Positions 1-9,518 are shown, numbered from the stretch's first letter. The stretch: DNA of 64,000 nt from Eubacteriales bacterium (GCA_050943735.1 JBMNPT010000003.1:99533-163532); one strand, 5' to 3'. Numbers and translations are program-made. Notes: generated by a model not told the origin, from the sequence alone.

Positions 1-1752
1 GCCGCCCGGCATTTCTGCCCCCAGGTGGATTTCATTCTGGACATCGGCGGACAGGACATGAAGTGCTTCAAAATTAAAAATGACTCCATTGACAGCATCA
101 TGCTCAATGAGGCCTGTTCCAGTGGTTGTGGTTCTTTCCTTGAGACCTTTGCCCGTTCCATGGGATATGATATTCAGGAATTTGCCCAGCGCGGACTGTT
201 TTCTCAGCAGCCGGTGGATTTGGGTTCCCGTTGTACGGTGTTTATGAACTCCTCGGTGAAGCAGGCGCAAAAGGAAGGCGCCAGTGTGGAGGATATCTCC
301 GCCGGTCTTTCCATGAGTGTGGTGAAAAATGCCATTTACAAGGTCATTCGGGCCCACAGCGCCGATGAACTGGGCGAGTATATTGTAGTGCAGGGCGGTA
401 CTTTCCTCAATGACGCCGTGTTGCGCAGTTTTGAGCAGGAGCTGGGGCGCAATGTTATCCGTCCGGCCATTGCGGGACTGATGGGAGCCTATGGTGCTGC
501 GCTATATGGCCGGGATATGGGGCTGGAGTGTTCCACGCTGATGGGCCCTGACGCGCTGGAGCATTTCACTCACAGCGCAAAGCCGGTTACCTGTGGGCTG
601 TGCACCAACCACTGCAGTCTGACGGTCAATCAGTTCGCCGGAGGCAGACGGTTTATTTCGGGCAATAAGTGCGGTCGCCCCTTGGGACAGAGCGCCGCGC
701 AGGATATCCCGGACATCTTTGCCTTCAAGCTTGACCGCATTCGCAATATGCAGCCGGTTCCGGGTCCACGGGGCAAAATTGGTATGCCGCTGGGGCTCAA
801 CATGTACGAAAACATCCAATTCTGGAATGTATTCCTCTCCAGCCTGGGATTTGAAGTGGTATTTTCGGACATCTCCTCTCAGGAGATGTATGCAAAGGGG
901 CGGTATTCCATTCCCTCGGATACCGCATGTTATCCCGCCAAATTGATGCATGGTCATATAGAGGACTTGCTGGAAAAGGGAATCACCACCATTTTTTATC
1001 CCTGTCTTACATACAATTTTGACGAGCACAGCGGGGACAATCACTTCAACTGCCCGGTGGTGGCCTATTACCCCGAACTGCTTCACGCCAATGTGAAAAA
1101 ACTGCGCAATGTGCAGTTCCTGTATCCCTATCTGGGCATTCACAAAAAGGATGTTTTCATTGAGGGAGCGCACAAATTCCTCACTCAATACTGGCCGGAT
1201 ATCACCCATGAACAGGTGATCGAGGCGGCTGATGCGGCCTATGCAGCTCACCATCAGTGGCAGAATGATTTGAAAATCGCGGGACGGGAGGCCATGGCCT
1301 ACGCCCGGGAACATGGTAAAAAAATCATTGTATTGGCCGGACGTCCCTACCATGTGGACCCCGAGATCAACCATGGCATTGCCCAGCTGATTCGTTCGCT
1401 GGGACTGGTGGTCATCACTGAGGATTGTGTCAGCGATCTGGTGGTGCCCTATAAGGCTCATGTGCTCAATCAGTGGACTTATCACGCCCGGCTGTATAAT
1501 GCCGCCAAATATGTCACCCAACATGATGATATGGAGCTGGTTCAGTTGGTTTCCTTTGGCTGCGGCATTGATGCCATCACCACCGACGAAGTGCGGGAAA
1601 TTCTGGAGAACAAGGGAAAATTCTATACCCAGCTCAAAATTGACGAGATCAACAATCTGGGAGCGGTGAAAATCCGGATCCGCAGTTTGATCGCCGCTAT
1701 GGAAGAGCGGGAACGCAATCAAACCAAGAAAAAGAGAAAATGGAGAGGATGA
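1..1752 (+). CDS. BadF/BadG/BcrA/BcrD-type ATPase (acyl-CoA dehydratase activase-related) with DUF2229-like C-terminal region; 5' end is outside the window
   Basis: The frame is open from base 1 with no true start in the window. It contains FILDIGGQDMKCF and NEACSSGCGSF (activase ATPase signature). Cys-rich CGLCTNHCSL and ACYPAKLMHGH segments follow, typical of large clostridial CoA-enzyme-activase proteins. Confidence 0.7.
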   Translation, partial: AARHFCPQVDFILDIGGQDMKCFKIKNDSIDSIMLNEACSSGCGSFLETFARSMGYDIQEFAQRGLFSQQPVDLGSRCTVFMNSSVKQAQKEGASVEDISAGLSMSVVKNAIYKVIRAHSADELGEYIVVQGGTFLNDAVLRSFEQELGRNVIRPAIAGLMGAYGAALYGRDMGLECSTLMGPDALEHFTHSAKPVTCGLCTNHCSLTVNQFAGGRRFISGNKCGRPLGQSAAQDIPDIFAFKLDRIRNMQPVPGPRGKIGMPLGLNMYENIQFWNVFLSSLGFEVVFSDISSQEMYAKGRYSIPSDTACYPAKLMHGHIEDLLEKGITTIFYPCLTYNFDEHSGDNHFNCPVVAYYPELLHANVKKLRNVQFLYPYLGIHKKDVFIEGAHKFLTQYWPDITHEQVIEAADAAYAAHHQWQNDLKIAGREAMAYAREHGKKIIVLAGRPYHVDPEINHGIAQLIRSLGLVVITEDCVSDLVVPYKAHVLNQWTYHARLYNAAKYVTQHDDMELVQLVSFGCGIDAITTDEVREILENKGKFYTQLKIDEINNLGAVKIRIRSLIAAMEERERNQTKKKRKWRG

Positions 1753-3035
1753 TCGCCATGCGCAATAAAACACAGGATACCGAACGGGCGGTCTTTACCA
1801 AGGCCATGCGGAAGGAGTACACCATTTTGGTGCCTACCATGTTGCCTGTTCATTTCAAATTTTTTCAGGAAATTTTTCGTCAGCATGGTTACAAGGTGGA
1901 CATTTTGGACACCAGCGGGCCGACTGTAGTAGAAGAAGGCCTGAAAAATGTACACAACGATACCTGCTATCCGGCTCTGGTGGTCATCGGACAGCTGATG
2001 GAAGCGGTGAAAAGCGGACGATATGATCCGCATAAAATTGCTCTGCTGCTTTCTCAGACAGGCGGCGGCTGCCGGGCGTCTAACTATATCCACCTGCTGC
2101 GAAAAGCACTGAAAAAGAGCGGATACGGCTATATTCCGGTCATTTCCCTGAACATGGGCGGGCTGGAGAAAAACCCGGGCTTCCAGCTGAATCTCACCAT
2201 CGCCATGAAGCTGATTTACGCGGTGATTCTGGGAGACCTTTTCATGCTGTTGGCCAACCAGTGCCGTCCCTACGAAATCAACCCCGGCGACACCGACCGG
2301 GTGGTGGATGAGCAGGTGAAAAAATGCATGGATGCGCTGCTGGACAAAAAAATCTTCCATGTGCGCTCCATCAAATTTGAATATCAGTCCATTCTGGATG
2401 CCTTTGCGGCAATTCCCCGCCGGCAGGAGGAAAAACCCCGGGTGGGCATTGTAGGTGAAATCTATGTAAAATTCTCCCCGTTGGGCAACAACCATCTGGA
2501 AGATTTTCTGTTGTCTGAGGGCTGTGAGGTGGTTATGCCCGGATTGTTGGATTTCTGCATGTATTGCTTGTACAACGGCATCATCGATCACAAGCTGTAT
2601 GGCAGCCGGCTGGCCCATCTGGTGGCCTCCCGGTTTGGGTTTGACTTTTTGCTCAAAAAGCAGAAGGCCATGATTTCCGTCATTGAGAAACATGGCGTAT
2701 TCCGGGCCCCCACCGCTTTTGATCACACCAAGGATCTGGCGGACGGTTACATCAACCATGGAGTAAAAATGGGTGAAGGATGGCTGCTGACGGCCGAAAT
2801 GCTGGAGCTCATTGAGCAGGGGGTCAACAACATTGTGTGCACCCAGCCCTTTGGCTGCCTGCCCAACCACATTGTGGCCAAAGGCATGATGCACGCCATC
2901 AAGGAAAAGCACCCCCAGGCCAACATTGTGGCGGTGGACTACGACCCCGGCGCCAGTGAGGTCAACCAGCAGAACCGCATCAAGCTGATGCTGGCCAACG
3001 CTCGGGTGGCCATGACGGTAGGAGGAGAGAAGTGA
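1740..3035 (+). CDS. 2-hydroxyacyl-CoA dehydratase (HgdB/D-component)-like family protein
   Basis: This 431-aa ORF overlaps the upstream gene by 13 nt. HNDTCYPALV, GGGCRASNY and QPFGCLPNH motifs resemble the dehydratase/benzoyl-CoA-reductase subunit superfamily. Confidence 0.6.
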   Translation: MERMIAMRNKTQDTERAVFTKAMRKEYTILVPTMLPVHFKFFQEIFRQHGYKVDILDTSGPTVVEEGLKNVHNDTCYPALVVIGQLMEAVKSGRYDPHKIALLLSQTGGGCRASNYIHLLRKALKKSGYGYIPVISLNMGGLEKNPGFQLNLTIAMKLIYAVILGDLFMLLANQCRPYEINPGDTDRVVDEQVKKCMDALLDKKIFHVRSIKFEYQSILDAFAAIPRRQEEKPRVGIVGEIYVKFSPLGNNHLEDFLLSEGCEVVMPGLLDFCMYCLYNGIIDHKLYGSRLAHLVASRFGFDFLLKKQKAMISVIEKHGVFRAPTAFDHTKDLADGYINHGVKMGEGWLLTAEMLELIEQGVNNIVCTQPFGCLPNHIVAKGMMHAIKEKHPQANIVAVDYDPGASEVNQQNRIKLMLANARVAMTVGGEK

Positions 3036-3036
3036 C

Positions 3037-4323
3037 ATGAAAATGGACCTGAAGCTGCACCATATCCGGCTGGTGGATCCCTCTTGCGGCCGGGATGAAG
3101 TGACTCATCTGTATGTGAAGGACGGCAAGGTGGCCGCCATCACGCTGGAAGAACTCCCTGCCACCCAGGTGTTGGACGGAACAGGGCTGACCGCTTTCCC
3201 GGGACTGGTGGATGTGCACTGTCATTTGCGGGACCCGGGACTCACTTATAAAGAAGATGTCATCACCGGTACCCAGGCGGCAGCGGCGGGAGGGATTACC
3301 ACCATTTTTGCCATGCCCAACACCAAGCCAGTGACCGATAATGAGGAAACCATCCGCTACATTCAGCAGAAAGCCACCAATTGGGGAAGTGCCCATGTGC
3401 ATGTGGTGCCGGCCATGACGGTGGGGACTCTGGGGAAAGAGCCGGCGGATTATCAGATGTATGTCCGCAACGGGATTTTGGCTATCAGTGATGACGGCAA
3501 GGAAGTTGCGGACCCGCTGGTGATGCGTCATGTGCTGGAAGGCGCCCGGCAGTATAATTTGGTGCCGGTGTGTCATTGCGACGACGTAACGCTGGTGCAG
3601 GGCGGCCTGATGAACGAGGGAGAGGTTTCCCGGCGTCTGGGGGTGCCAGGCAATCCTGCCGCGTCGGAAACGGTGGCGGTGGCCAGAGATATCCTGCTGG
3701 CGGAATATGTGGGATGGAAGGTGCATTTGCAGCACCTCAGCTGCGGTACCAGCATTGCGCTGGTGCGGGAGGCCAAAAAACGCGGCGTACAGGTGACATG
3801 CGAAACAGGTCCCCATTATTTCACCTTTACCGATGAGGCGGTGGAGAGCATTGGTCCCAATGCCCGGATGAATCCGCCTTTGCGTACCGCTAGAGACCGG
3901 GAACTGATTTTGGAAGGAATTGCGGATGGTACGGTGGACTGCATTGCCACCGACCACGCGCCCCACAGCGTGGAGGAAAAAACCGGTCCGCTGGACAAGA
4001 CCATGAACGGCATTGTGGGGTTTGAAACCTCCTTTGCTGCATCCTATACACAGCTGGTACTGGGGGGAGTGGTATCCTTCTCCAGACTGATCGAGCTGAT
4101 GAGTACCTCACCGGCCAAACTGATGGGACTTTCCTGCGGCACGCTGCAGGTGGGCAGCCCAGCGGATATTGCGGTGGCAGATCTCACCAAAACCTGGAAG
4201 GTAGACGCCAGTCAGTTCCGGTCCAAAGGACGCAATACGCCGTTTGAAGGCATGGAGCTCACTGGACGGATTCGGTATACCCTGCTGGATGGACAGTTGG
4301 TCTATCAGGATCCCACGCTTTGA
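3037..4323 (+). CDS. pyrC: dihydroorotase
   Basis: 428 aa with the DVHCHLRDPG (HxH metal site) and ATDHAPH motifs. GGAGGAG lies upstream, and the start is 1 nt after the previous stop. Confidence 0.9.
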   Translation: MKMDLKLHHIRLVDPSCGRDEVTHLYVKDGKVAAITLEELPATQVLDGTGLTAFPGLVDVHCHLRDPGLTYKEDVITGTQAAAAGGITTIFAMPNTKPVTDNEETIRYIQQKATNWGSAHVHVVPAMTVGTLGKEPADYQMYVRNGILAISDDGKEVADPLVMRHVLEGARQYNLVPVCHCDDVTLVQGGLMNEGEVSRRLGVPGNPAASETVAVARDILLAEYVGWKVHLQHLSCGTSIALVREAKKRGVQVTCETGPHYFTFTDEAVESIGPNARMNPPLRTARDRELILEGIADGTVDCIATDHAPHSVEEKTGPLDKTMNGIVGFETSFAASYTQLVLGGVVSFSRLIELMSTSPAKLMGLSCGTLQVGSPADIAVADLTKTWKVDASQFRSKGRNTPFEGMELTGRIRYTLLDGQLVYQDPTL

Positions 4324-4350
4324 AATGTAAAATGATGAGGAGGAATCGGA

Positions 4351-5265
4351 ATGTCTGTAGATCGTCTGCTGGAGCAGATTCAGAAAAAGAAAAACCCGTC
4401 GGTGGCGGGACTGGACCCCAACTGGGCGTTTGTTCCGGATTTTATCAAGGAAAAATATTATAAAGAATGCGGCAAAACTCTGGAGGCCTGTGCTCGTGCG
4501 GTACTGGAATTCAACCGCGGCCTGATCGACGCTCTGTATGACATTGTGCCGGCGGTCAAGCCCCAGGCGGCCTACTATGAACTGTACGGCTGGCAGGGAA
4601 TGAAGGCCCTGGAAGAAACCATCGCCTATGCCCGGGAAAAGGGAATGTATGTCATCGCGGACATCAAGCGCAATGACATCGGCACCACTGCGGCGGCTTA
4701 TGCCACTGCCTATCTGGGGCAGACCGATGTGGATGGTACCCCCATCTCCGCATTTGGTGCCGATAGTGTAACCGTCAATGGCTATCTGGGCACCGACGGC
4801 ATTGAGCCTTTCCTGCAGGAATGCCGCAAAGGCAAGATGATTTTTGCTCTGGTGAAGACTTCTAACCCCTCTTCTGGTGAGCTGCAGGATTTGAAGATCG
4901 GGGATAAAACTGTCTATGAAACCATGGCTGGTATGGTCAACAACTGGGCGGAAAGCGCCATGGGAGAAGGCGCCTACTCTCAGGTGGGCGCAGTGGTGGG
5001 AGCCACTTATCCGGAACAGCAGAAGATTTTGCGCAAACTGATGCCCAAGGTCTTTTTCCTGGTGCCCGGATACGGCGCACAGGGAGCCACTGCGGCGGAT
5101 ATTGCCCATGCATTTGACTCCAACGGTCTGGGAGCCATTGTCAATTCCTCCCGTGGGATTATGTGCGCTTATAAAAAAGGAGACTGGAAGCCCCAGCAAT
5201 ATGCGGAAGCCGCTCGGGCGGAAGCCATTCGCATGCGGGATGAAATTGTGGCTGCCATTGGCTGA
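4351..5265 (+). CDS. pyrF: orotidine 5'-phosphate decarboxylase (long, type 2)
   Basis: 304 aa with ADIKRNDIGTT and PGYGAQG motifs. GAGGAGG RBS upstream. Confidence 0.9.
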   Translation: MSVDRLLEQIQKKKNPSVAGLDPNWAFVPDFIKEKYYKECGKTLEACARAVLEFNRGLIDALYDIVPAVKPQAAYYELYGWQGMKALEETIAYAREKGMYVIADIKRNDIGTTAAAYATAYLGQTDVDGTPISAFGADSVTVNGYLGTDGIEPFLQECRKGKMIFALVKTSNPSSGELQDLKIGDKTVYETMAGMVNNWAESAMGEGAYSQVGAVVGATYPEQQKILRKLMPKVFFLVPGYGAQGATAADIAHAFDSNGLGAIVNSSRGIMCAYKKGDWKPQQYAEAARAEAIRMRDEIVAAIG

Positions 5266-5271
5266 TATAGA

Positions 5272-5300
5272 AACGGTGCTGAAAACAGCACCGTTTTTTT
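5272..5300 (+). terminator. rho-independent terminator after pyrF
   Basis: Stem aacggtgct / agcaccgtt (9 bp) followed by a T run ending at 5300. Confidence 0.7.
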
Positions 5301-5324
5301 ATGCAAAAACACAACGGGAAATGC

Positions 5325-5353
5325 TTGCATTTTTATACATTACAGCGTATAAT
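5325..5353 (+). promoter_or_regulatory. sigma-A-type promoter (TTGCAT-N17-TATAAT)
   Basis: Hexamers at 5325-5330 and 5348-5353 with a 17-nt spacer, about 40 nt upstream of the 5392 ORF. Confidence 0.5.
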
Positions 5354-5391
5354 AAAACCATCAAAAGAAATTACAGAAAGGGGCAGTCACT

Positions 5392-5736
5392 ATGAAAAAC
5401 AATCTGGTTTCCATCCACACAATCGCAGGGCAGGAGATGGCAGGCACCCGCATTGCCCCCACTGTGTATTTTTCGCTGGAAAAGAAGGAACTGCTGGAAG
5501 GCACTGACATCGCGCAGGAATTTGAAGCGCTGGGATTTGATATTTATGCCACCGGGCAAACCGCTCATCACTTCAATATGAATATGGTGGCGGCCAGTAC
5601 GGCATACGGCGGCAGCTACACCTGTGTGGTCTGCACCGGCAAAGAGCTGCCCGTCCATGGCCAGCACACCTGCACCTCTTTGGAGCAGGCCAAACAACTG
5701 CTGGAAAGTGTAAAGGCAGGTAAGAAAACCGCGTAA
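5392..5736 (+). CDS. stand-alone MGS-like domain protein (resembles the C-terminal allosteric domain of CarB)
   Basis: 114 aa. VYFSLEKKELLEGTDIAQEFEALGFDIYATGQTAHHF resembles the vFiSv.d.dK...a..l..lGf.l.AT.GTa..L pattern of MGS/CarB allosteric domains. By-eye call only. Confidence 0.45.
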   Translation: MKNNLVSIHTIAGQEMAGTRIAPTVYFSLEKKELLEGTDIAQEFEALGFDIYATGQTAHHFNMNMVAASTAYGGSYTCVVCTGKELPVHGQHTCTSLEQAKQLLESVKAGKKTA

Positions 5737-5740
5737 ACCC

Positions 5741-5770
5741 TTGCCAAATTACGACGGTATCCTATATAAT
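5741..5770 (+). promoter_or_regulatory. candidate promoter (TTGCCA-N18-TATAAT)
   Basis: Hexamers at 5741-5746 and 5765-5770. The ORF-track start at 5741 is the TTG of this -35 box. Confidence 0.4.
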
Positions 5771-5783
5771 AATACAGAGACGG

Positions 5784-5820
5784 ATGGTGTGAGAGAAGCT
5801 TCCTCTCACACCATTTTATT
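5784..5820 (+). terminator. terminator/attenuator hairpin immediately upstream of pyrK
   Basis: Perfect 12-bp stem atggtgtgagag / ctctcacaccat (5784-5795 / 5803-5814) followed by tttatt. Only about 15 nt separate it from the pyrK RBS. Confidence 0.5.
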
Positions 5821-5842
5821 ATGCAAATCAGGAGGCATGGAT

Positions 5843-6616
5843 ATGAAAAAACAACCTCTGCTCTGTACCATACAGGACATCCGGCCCATGGGACCGGGCA
5901 TCTATTCCATCACCGTACAAAATGCCCAGCTGGCCGGACAGGCCCAGCCGGGACAGTTTATCCACATTAAATGCGGCCCGGAATTCACGCTGCGCCGTCC
6001 CATCAGCATCTGTGATGCCTGTGAGGACAAGCTGACTTTCCTTTTTGAAGTGCGCGGAGAGGGCACAGACTGGCTGGCCCGGCGTCAAGTAGGTGAAACA
6101 CTGGACATCATGGGGCCGTTGGGACATGGTTATGATGTGCAGGGAGTGGAACGGGCATTGGTGATCGGCGGGGGCATTGGCATTTATCCCCTGTATCTCA
6201 CAGCCCGCAAAATTTTCCACTGTGACGCGGTGCTGGGGTTCCGCACCAAGGAACTGGTGGTGTATGAAAAACAATTCCGTCAGGTGTGTGATCAGGTTGC
6301 CATTACCACCGATGACGGCAGCTATGGGGAGGCTGGTCTTGTCACTGGCCCCATGAAACGTCTGGTGGCGGAAAATCACTACGACCGCATCTATGCCTGC
6401 GGGCCGCTGAAAATGCTGCAGGCCATCGCTCAGGTGGCAAAAGAGGCGGGAATTCCCTGCCAGGTGTCCATGGAACAGCGGATGGGCTGCGGAATCGGCG
6501 CCTGTCTGGTGTGCGCCTGCAAGGTCAAATCGGGCATGAGCGACACCGAGTGGAAGTATTCCCACGTGTGTAAGGCAGGGCCTGTCTATGATGCCGAGGA
6601 GGTGATCTTCGAATGA
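5843..6616 (+). CDS. pyrK: dihydroorotate dehydrogenase B electron-transfer subunit
   Basis: Contains the RRPISI FAD motif and the C-terminal 2Fe-2S cluster CGIGACLVCAC. I chose the ATG at 5843, which lies 7 nt after GGAGG. The track ORF starts further upstream. Confidence 0.88.
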   Translation: MKKQPLLCTIQDIRPMGPGIYSITVQNAQLAGQAQPGQFIHIKCGPEFTLRRPISICDACEDKLTFLFEVRGEGTDWLARRQVGETLDIMGPLGHGYDVQGVERALVIGGGIGIYPLYLTARKIFHCDAVLGFRTKELVVYEKQFRQVCDQVAITTDDGSYGEAGLVTGPMKRLVAENHYDRIYACGPLKMLQAIAQVAKEAGIPCQVSMEQRMGCGIGACLVCACKVKSGMSDTEWKYSHVCKAGPVYDAEEVIFE

Positions 6617-7527
6617 ATACAAAAGTGAACATTGCGGGTGTGGAGCTGAAAAATCCTCTGGTGACCGCCTCCGGGACCTTTGGATTTGGCGAAGAATACA
6701 ATGAATATTTTGATATTTCCCGTTTGGGAGCCATCAGTGTAAAGGGGCTCACCCGCTACGAGCGGCAGGGCAATAAGCCGCCCCGCATTGCGGAAACCCC
6801 CATGGGCATCCTCAACAGTGTGGGCCTGCAAAATCCTGGGCTGGAGCATTTCATCGCCCATGAATTGCCCCGGCTCAAGCAGTATGATACCAAGATCATT
6901 GCCAATTACGCCGGGACCAGCAAAGAGGAGTTTGTGGAGATGACCGAAATGCTGGCAGATACCTCGGTGGATCTGCTGGAAATGAACGTTTCCTGTCCCA
7001 ATGTAAAGCATGGCGGCGCCGCCTTTGGCACCGACGCTCATATGATCTATGATTTGACCCAGGCGGTGAAAAAGGTGGCACGCCAGCCCCTCATTGTAAA
7101 GCTGACCCCCAATGTCACCGACATCACCGAAATGGCCCGGGCTGCCCGGGATGGGGGAGCGGATGCACTGTCCTTGATCAATACTCTGTACGGCATGCGC
7201 ATTGACATCAAAACCCGCCGGCCAGTGCTGGCCATGAATGCAGGTGGCTTTTCCGGTCCTGCGGTGAAACCTGTGGCCATTCGCATGGTGTGGCAGGTGG
7301 CAAATGCAGTGGATCTGCCCATCATCGGCATGGGAGGCTGCGCCACTGCGGAAGATCTGGTGGAATTTATGATGGCTGGCGCCAATGCGGTGGCGGTGGG
7401 TACCGCGCTGTTTGCGGACCCGCTCTGTCCGGAGAAAATCCTGGACGGGTTGGACGCATACATGGCAGCCAATCAGATAGAAGATGTAAACCAGCTGGTG
7501 GGAAGCGTGGTGCCCTACGAAACATGA
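6613..7527 (+). CDS. pyrD: dihydroorotate dehydrogenase B catalytic subunit
   Basis: 304 aa with NVSCPN (active-site Cys) and GMGGCATAEDLVEFMMAGA. It overlaps the pyrK stop by 4 nt. Confidence 0.9.
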   Translation: MNTKVNIAGVELKNPLVTASGTFGFGEEYNEYFDISRLGAISVKGLTRYERQGNKPPRIAETPMGILNSVGLQNPGLEHFIAHELPRLKQYDTKIIANYAGTSKEEFVEMTEMLADTSVDLLEMNVSCPNVKHGGAAFGTDAHMIYDLTQAVKKVARQPLIVKLTPNVTDITEMARAARDGGADALSLINTLYGMRIDIKTRRPVLAMNAGGFSGPAVKPVAIRMVWQVANAVDLPIIGMGGCATAEDLVEFMMAGANAVAVGTALFADPLCPEKILDGLDAYMAANQIEDVNQLVGSVVPYET

Positions 7528-8216
7528 CAACGGTGTATTTAATCCGCCACTGTGAGGCGGAAGGCAATCGAAACAATACCTTCCAGGGCTCTATGGACAA
7601 TGGCATCACTGACCGGGGCAAGCGTCAGCTGGAAGCGTTGGCCCGTCGTTTTGCCCACATCCATCTGGATGCCATTTACAGCAGTCCCTTGCTGCGCGCT
7701 CGGGAAACGGCCTATGCGCTGCAAAAGGGACGTGACCTGACCGTACAAGTTGAGCCGGATTTGCGGGAGATCAATGGCGGTGACTGGGAAGGCCACACTT
7801 GGAAAGAGATTCAGCAGAATGATCCGGATGGATTTTTCAACTGGAGAAACCGCCCTGACCGGCTGCAGTGTCCCAATGGAGAAAATTTTTATCAGGTGTC
7901 GCAGCGGGTGACGGCCTGTGTACAGCGACTGGTAAAGGCCCATCCCGGCCAGACCATTGCGCTGACCTCTCATGGCATGGCCATCAAGTGTCTGCTGCGG
8001 GAATTGCTTGGCTATCCCATGAAAGATCTGTACGATGTTCCGGTGGGGGACAACACCGCGGTGAGTTTGCTGGAGTTTCAGGAGGATGGTACCTGCCGGG
8101 TGGTGTACATGAGTGATAACCAGCATTTGCTGGAAGAGGATTTGAGCACATTGGCCCATGTGGACCAGTGGTGGCGTACACCTGCGGAACGCAGGCAAAT
8201 AAAAAAGCTGACCTGA
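7524..8216 (+). CDS. histidine phosphatase family protein (phosphoglycerate mutase-like)
   Basis: MTTVYLIRHCEAEGN carries the RHG motif, and LTSHGMAIK carries the second His. The ATG at 7524 overlaps the pyrD stop. The track ORF start at 7290 is an artefactual extension. Confidence 0.8.
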   Translation: MTTVYLIRHCEAEGNRNNTFQGSMDNGITDRGKRQLEALARRFAHIHLDAIYSSPLLRARETAYALQKGRDLTVQVEPDLREINGGDWEGHTWKEIQQNDPDGFFNWRNRPDRLQCPNGENFYQVSQRVTACVQRLVKAHPGQTIALTSHGMAIKCLLRELLGYPMKDLYDVPVGDNTAVSLLEFQEDGTCRVVYMSDNQHLLEEDLSTLAHVDQWWRTPAERRQIKKLT

Positions 8217-8230
8217 ATGGTCAGCTTTTT
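8201..8230. terminator. bidirectional terminator
   Basis: aaaaagctgacc tgaa tggtcagcttttt, sitting between convergent genes. Confidence 0.6.
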
Positions 8231-8236
8231 CCTGTT

Positions 8237-9097
8237 TTACGCTTCACCATGTTTGCGGGTATACAGCCATTTGCCCACCGCAGTCCCGATGATGATGAGG
8301 TACCCCAGCAGGCTCCAGTGATCGGGGAATTGATCCAGAAAAGCCATTCCCAGCAGGGCGGAGAATAAAATCTGGGAATAGTCAAAGACCGAAATATCCT
8401 TGGCGGGAGCTCGGGTGTAAGCGGCTGTGACACTGAATTGTCCTCCACTGGCGGCACAGCCCGCCAGAAGCAGCCAACCCAGCTGCTGCCAGCTCATGGG
8501 GTGGTAGTCAAAAATCAGGAAGGGCAGGGCACACAGGCAGGAAAATACCGAGAAAAACAGCACAATGATCGGTCCACGTTCTCCATTGCGGCCCAACAGA
8601 CGCACATAGGTGTAGGCGGTTCCCGCAGTGAAAGCCCCCAGTACAGCGGAGAGCGCAGGAATCATTTCCGAGCCAAAGGTGGGTTTGGCCACCAGCATGG
8701 CTCCCAGCATGGCAATCAGCACCGATCCGTATTCAATGCGGTTGGCCTTTTCTTTTAATAGGAAAGTGGACATAATAATGGCGAAAAAAGGTGCCAATTT
8801 GCCCAGCATGTTGGCGTCGGACAGGAGCATGTGATCCAATGCGTAAAAGTTAAACAGAATTCCCAATGTTCCCATCGTGGACCGCATAAGCAGCAGAGGA
8901 AGACTGCCCTGTTGGATACGGAACCCCTGGCCGCTTCTAACCAGAGCTCCAAAGGCGATTGCCACAGCCACCACATTGCGGAAAAACATCTTCTGGGTGG
9001 TGGGAATATCTCCTGCCATACGTACAAAAAATCCCATCAGCGCAAAGCTGAATGCGGCCAAAACAATAAACACAATTCCCTGATCATGCCGACTCAT
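8237..9097 (-). CDS. EamA/DMT family transporter
   Basis: Multi-TM protein with two EamA-like halves. I prefer the ATG at 9097 (AGGAAG 6 nt upstream) over the track start at 9115. Confidence 0.75.
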   Translation of the reverse strand: MSRHDQGIVFIVLAAFSFALMGFFVRMAGDIPTTQKMFFRNVVAVAIAFGALVRSGQGFRIQQGSLPLLLMRSTMGTLGILFNFYALDHMLLSDANMLGKLAPFFAIIMSTFLLKEKANRIEYGSVLIAMLGAMLVAKPTFGSEMIPALSAVLGAFTAGTAYTYVRLLGRNGERGPIIVLFFSVFSCLCALPFLIFDYHPMSWQQLGWLLLAGCAASGGQFSVTAAYTRAPAKDISVFDYSQILFSALLGMAFLDQFPDHWSLLGYLIIIGTAVGKWLYTRKHGEA

Positions 9098-9228
9098 TAC
9101 TCTCTTCCTTTCCATTCATTTGCAACACTCCCATAGTACTGCAAAACATCCAAAAGGGTCAACCGTCAAAATCCACGAATAACGCTGGCCCGGCGGCATA
9201 TAGTGACAACAGATGGGAGGAATGCCGT

Positions 9229-9501
9229 ATGACCTGGACCGAATTGCGCTACAAAGAGGTGATCAATCTGAAAACCGGCCAGAAATTGGGCTATGTGTGC
9301 GATTGTGAGCTGGAACCCAAACAGGGACGGATGCTTTCTCTCATTGTGCCGGGACGAAGCAGGTTTTTTGGACTGTTTGGCAGAGAGGATGACTATGTCA
9401 TTCCTTGGGAACAGATCTGTGTGATTGGAGAAGATTTGGTATTGGTGGAACAGGAAGCGCATATATGCCGAAGAAAACGCCAGCGCAAAAAAGTTTTCTG
9501 A
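9229..9501 (+). CDS. YlmC/YmxH family sporulation protein (PRC-barrel)
   Basis: 90 aa. LRYKEVINLKTGQKLGYVCDCELE...DYVIPWEQICVIGEDLVLV is the characteristic family sequence. GGGAGG RBS upstream. Confidence 0.8.
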   Translation: MTWTELRYKEVINLKTGQKLGYVCDCELEPKQGRMLSLIVPGRSRFFGLFGREDDYVIPWEQICVIGEDLVLVEQEAHICRRKRQRKKVF

Positions 9502-9518
9502 TTTTCACCAAAATTTGC

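Noticed and set aside
5771-5783. ACAGAGACGG in the pyrK leader as a PyrR-binding loop, compared with my recollection of the CCAGAGAGGC-type motif.
   Set aside because: The match is only partial. No antiterminator or anti-antiterminator alternative structure could be drawn, and no pyrR gene is in the window. Only a generic attenuator candidate is reported.
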